A stretch of 49,282 nt of DNA, taken from positions 1-49,282 of the forward strand of contig JAYTHU010000239.1 of assembly GCA_043732305.1 (NCBI GenBank), in the 5' to 3' direction. Numbering within the stretch: the stretch's first letter is position 1; each line of letters starts with the position of its first letter. Source of the stretch: Oligoflexia bacterium (lineage in GTDB: Bacteria; Bdellovibrionota; Bdellovibrionia; JABDDW01). Positions 46,109-49,282 of this stretch are shown piece by piece. The notes beneath the pieces are model-generated. The model saw nothing but the letters and a program-made list of their open reading frames with translations. It was not told the DNA's origin and made no database searches. A program made the translations under genes and the position numbers.

Positions 46109-47519
46109 GTTCGCGCTGATTGCAATATCTCTGGGATCAGCTACTGCTTTTTCACAAGTGACATTAAGTTTACAGGATTATATCAAGCAGGTCGCAAACC
46201 AGAACCAAAGTTACAAGGCTTCTGATTCTCTGATCAAGTCATACGATCTTAGGTCTGGTGAGGCGAGTTTAGATTTCATGACTTACTTGGTTGGGAACAT
46301 AAGTTACTCTGATAGTAGATTGACTCCGGAAAGTCCTTTCAGCCCAGTAGACACAATCAATTGGGGCGGGAATCTAGGGGTGCAAACAAAATTGAGAACG
46401 GGAACCCTCTTAGACCTAGAATACAATTCCAATTATACAAGTCTGACCGGAGCTGGAAGTTTTGCCAGTGCTTATCCACCTCCTTTTTATTACAACAACC
46501 CAACGCTTTCGATCACGCAGCCGTTGTGGAAAGATTTTATGGCTAACCTTTCTAAATCTATGGAATCTTCTATGCTGGCGGATTTTAGATCCAAATCCCT
46601 GATCCAAAAATATCAGCAGCAACAAATTTCGTTCAACGCTGAGACGGCCTATTGGCAAATGGCGTTGTATAAAGAAATTTTAGATTTTGACAGGGCCGCA
46701 GTTGCCCGAACCGAGAAAATTCTGAGTTGGAATAAAAAACGGGTAGCAATGAATATTTCGGATCGGTCAGACCTTTTGCAAGCCCAAGCAAGCATGAAAT
46801 TAAAAGAACTGGTTTTACAAACCGATTTAGAAAATCAGCGTCAAGTATCTAATCAATTCAATTCTCTCCGCAATGTGTCGGGTGATCAAGTTTTAGAAAA
46901 TCTCTCTCCCATTGATGTGGTGACAGAAAAGAAGTTACTTCAAGAAATCAAACGAACTGGCGATAGATTTGATCTCCAAGCCAATATCCAAAATGAAGAA
47001 CGAGAAAAATTCAATTCGGACGCAGCTGTCGAAAAAGTAAAGCCGGATATCAGTTTGTATGGAAATATTCAAACTTCAGGATTGAACACAAATTATTCGA
47101 ATGCCACCAGCGGAGCTTTGGGAATCAACAACCCGTTGTACGCCATTGGAGTGAAATTAAAAGTTCCACTTGATTTTGGATTAGCCAGTCAGATTAACGA
47201 AGGTAACCGTGCCGCGCAAACTGCCGCGAGTTATACGGTAAGCCGTTCTAAGTTTGAACTTGACCAAGATTGGAATAATCTTCAAAAGAGATTTAAAGAC
47301 GTATCCGTTCGCTATGGCATGTTCAAAGAATTAGTAGCTTTGCAAAAAGAGAAATTGGAACATGAGCGATTGCGGTTCACTCAAGGTCGAACCACCAGTT
47401 TTCAAGTTCTACAATTTGAAGATGATTATTCCAATGCTCAGCTCAGTCGACTCAGAATTGAAAATGATGCGATCGTGATCATTGCTCAAGCTCGACTCTA
47501 CAACGGAGAAAAATTATGA
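46095..47519 (+). CDS. TolC-family outer membrane efflux protein
   Basis: Signal peptide; ITQPLWK, AYWQ, DLLQAQ, KVPL, GRTTSFQVLQFE. Confidence 0.9.
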   Translation: MKTIKFALIAISLGSATAFSQVTLSLQDYIKQVANQNQSYKASDSLIKSYDLRSGEASLDFMTYLVGNISYSDSRLTPESPFSPVDTINWGGNLGVQTKLRTGTLLDLEYNSNYTSLTGAGSFASAYPPPFYYNNPTLSITQPLWKDFMANLSKSMESSMLADFRSKSLIQKYQQQQISFNAETAYWQMALYKEILDFDRAAVARTEKILSWNKKRVAMNISDRSDLLQAQASMKLKELVLQTDLENQRQVSNQFNSLRNVSGDQVLENLSPIDVVTEKKLLQEIKRTGDRFDLQANIQNEEREKFNSDAAVEKVKPDISLYGNIQTSGLNTNYSNATSGALGINNPLYAIGVKLKVPLDFGLASQINEGNRAAQTAASYTVSRSKFELDQDWNNLQKRFKDVSVRYGMFKELVALQKEKLEHERLRFTQGRTTSFQVLQFEDDYSNAQLSRLRIENDAIVIIAQARLYNGEKL

Positions 47520-49282
47520 ACTTATCTAAACTTTCGATCTCACGTCCCATTTTTCTGACTTGCGTAGTGGTGTTGATGTTGTTGGTGGGGGTTCTCTGTT
47601 TTAATAAATTAGGTGTGGATCAATTCCCGGACGTCACTTTTCCCGTTGTTGTGGTGAGTACCGCATATCAGGGAGCTTCTCCCGAAGAAGTAGAAACTTT
47701 AATCTCTCGGCCCATGGAAGAACAAATTTCATCTGTGTCTGGAATCAAAAGACTTTCTTCGACGAGTCAAGAAGGCCTTTCTATTGTTGTTGCGGAATTT
47801 GTGATGACCACGGATGTAAAATATGCAGAACAACAAGTGCGAGATAAATCAGCACTCGCTAGACGTAATCTTCCTGACGACGCAAAAGAACCTGTTATCA
47901 GTCGTGTGGAAGTGGATGATGTTCCTGTTATGCGGATTTCTGTTGCCGGTGATTTTCAAGGATCGGCCCTTTACGATATTGTCGAAAATTTTGTCAAACC
48001 GCGGATGGAACAGGTGGCCGATGTCGGTCAGGTGGACATCGTCGGAGGATCAAAACGTGAGATCAAGGTTGAAGTTGATCGAAAGAAATTAAAACTCCGT
48101 GAAGTTTCTCTCACTTCGTTAGCTGCAAAAATTACGGCATCGGCGCAGAACGTCCCAGTGGGAAAAATTGATGGCAAAAAAGAAATCGTCTTCAGAACCA
48201 TTGGCGAATATAAAACTATCGATCAAATTAAAAACACTCTGCTAAATTTCTACGGTAGTGACGTCGCGGTAAAAATCGGTGACGTCGCGACAGTAAGAGA
48301 CAGCAGTGAAGATGAGCTTAGTCGAGCGTATGTTGATGGCAAGAAAGCCATACTTCTTGATATTCACAAGCAATCTGGAACAAACACGGTCGCAGTTGCT
48401 GATGCCATCAAAAAGAAATTAGGCAGTATCAACAAAGAATTGGAACTCCGTCCCGGCCATATGAAATTAGAGTTGGTACGAGACGGCGCTAAATTCATTC
48501 GCGCTAACGTAGAGGACGTCAAAGCATCTATTTTTGAAGGAATATTTCTCGCGGTCATTGTGGTGTTTTTGTTTTTGGGAAGTTGGCGCTCAACTATCAT
48601 CACGGGGCTCGCACTACCTAACAGCTTGCTTGGTGCTTTTATTCTCATGTACATCATGGGTTTCACTATCAACATCATGACACTTTTGGCGCTTAGCTTG
48701 GCCGTTGTGCTTTTAATCTACGACGCGATTGTTGTGCGGGAAAATATATTCCGCCGGATAGAAGAAGGTGAATCGCCACTCGAGGCTGCAGAAAATGGAA
48801 CAAAAGAAGTGACTTTGGCGGTTGTTGCCACCACGTTGACAGTCATCGCGGTTTTCCTACCAGTTGGTTTTCTCTCTGGCACAGTCGGACAATTTTTCAA
48901 ACAATTTGGTCTAACCATAGTTTTTGCAATGATCATTTCTCTTTTCGATGCGCTCACTATGGCGCCCATGCTTTCCGCTTATTTCGCCGGAGTCAGCACT
49001 CCACCTAAAAATTTCGTAGATCGCTTTTTTGCGTCAATCGCCGGATCAGTAAGTCGCTTTCAAGATTACATCGAAATAAAATATGTTAAAATTTTGAAAT
49101 TTACTCTTAGAAAACCAGTCGTTATTTTGTCTATTTCTGTGTTGATTTTCATTTTTAGTTTGGGAGTAGGTCGAAATGTTAAGTCAACATTCTTACCCAA
49201 CTCAGACAATGGTGAGTTCGCAGTGAGTCTCGAACTTCCTCCAGGAGCGACTCTTGATCAGACGGAATTAATTGCCGTTCAA
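47516..49282 (+). CDS. RND efflux permease (AcrB family), 3' end runs off the window
   Basis: Not in the ORF track; ATGA overlap with tolC; MNLSKLSISRPIF...GVDQFPDVTFP...GASPEEVE...INIMTLLALSLAVVLLIYDAIVVRENI...AVFLPV...FKQFGLT. Confidence 0.95.
   Translation, partial: MNLSKLSISRPIFLTCVVVLMLLVGVLCFNKLGVDQFPDVTFPVVVVSTAYQGASPEEVETLISRPMEEQISSVSGIKRLSSTSQEGLSIVVAEFVMTTDVKYAEQQVRDKSALARRNLPDDAKEPVISRVEVDDVPVMRISVAGDFQGSALYDIVENFVKPRMEQVADVGQVDIVGGSKREIKVEVDRKKLKLREVSLTSLAAKITASAQNVPVGKIDGKKEIVFRTIGEYKTIDQIKNTLLNFYGSDVAVKIGDVATVRDSSEDELSRAYVDGKKAILLDIHKQSGTNTVAVADAIKKKLGSINKELELRPGHMKLELVRDGAKFIRANVEDVKASIFEGIFLAVIVVFLFLGSWRSTIITGLALPNSLLGAFILMYIMGFTINIMTLLALSLAVVLLIYDAIVVRENIFRRIEEGESPLEAAENGTKEVTLAVVATTLTVIAVFLPVGFLSGTVGQFFKQFGLTIVFAMIISLFDALTMAPMLSAYFAGVSTPPKNFVDRFFASIAGSVSRFQDYIEIKYVKILKFTLRKPVVILSISVLIFIFSLGVGRNVKSTFLPNSDNGEFAVSLELPPGATLDQTELIAVQ

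Noticed and set aside
1..49282. Prophage, IS, integron, tRNA or rRNA
   Set aside because: No integrase, transposase, phage structural gene, attC array or cloverleaf recognised by eye

Overview
A roughly 42% GC bacterial window. Gene order and protein style (lysC-pgpA-cinA-recA-recX-alaS; flgFGAHIJMNKL-csrA-fliW; many lineage-specific exported proteins) suggest Bdellovibrionota (inference). It holds housekeeping genes (acs partial, photolyase, prmA, rsmE, rfaE2, meaB, alaS, recX, recA, cinA/pncC, pgpA, lysC, greB, Sua5/YciO), a full rod/ring/hook-junction flagellar cluster, a TetR-TolC-RND efflux operon (partial), and accessory exported proteins. Three observations stand out. (1) Two tandem, greatly enlarged homologues of Leu/Phe-tRNA-protein transferase (Aat) carry signal peptides and lie in an apparent operon with a signal-peptide-bearing ATP-grasp ligase. 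(2) Five normally cytoplasmic enzyme types in the window share a leader of signal peptide + short polar spacer + C-x3-[IL], which the ordinary exported proteins lack; this may be a predation-effector sorting signal. (3) An unannotated structured RNA of about 205 nt between flgI and flgJ has six GGA motifs, mostly in hairpin loops, and a long closing stem. It looks like a CsrB/Rsm-type CsrA sponge in a locus that also encodes CsrA and FliW. No tRNA, rRNA, CRISPR array, integrase or transposase was seen. All family calls come from reading motifs by eye; no database searches were run.
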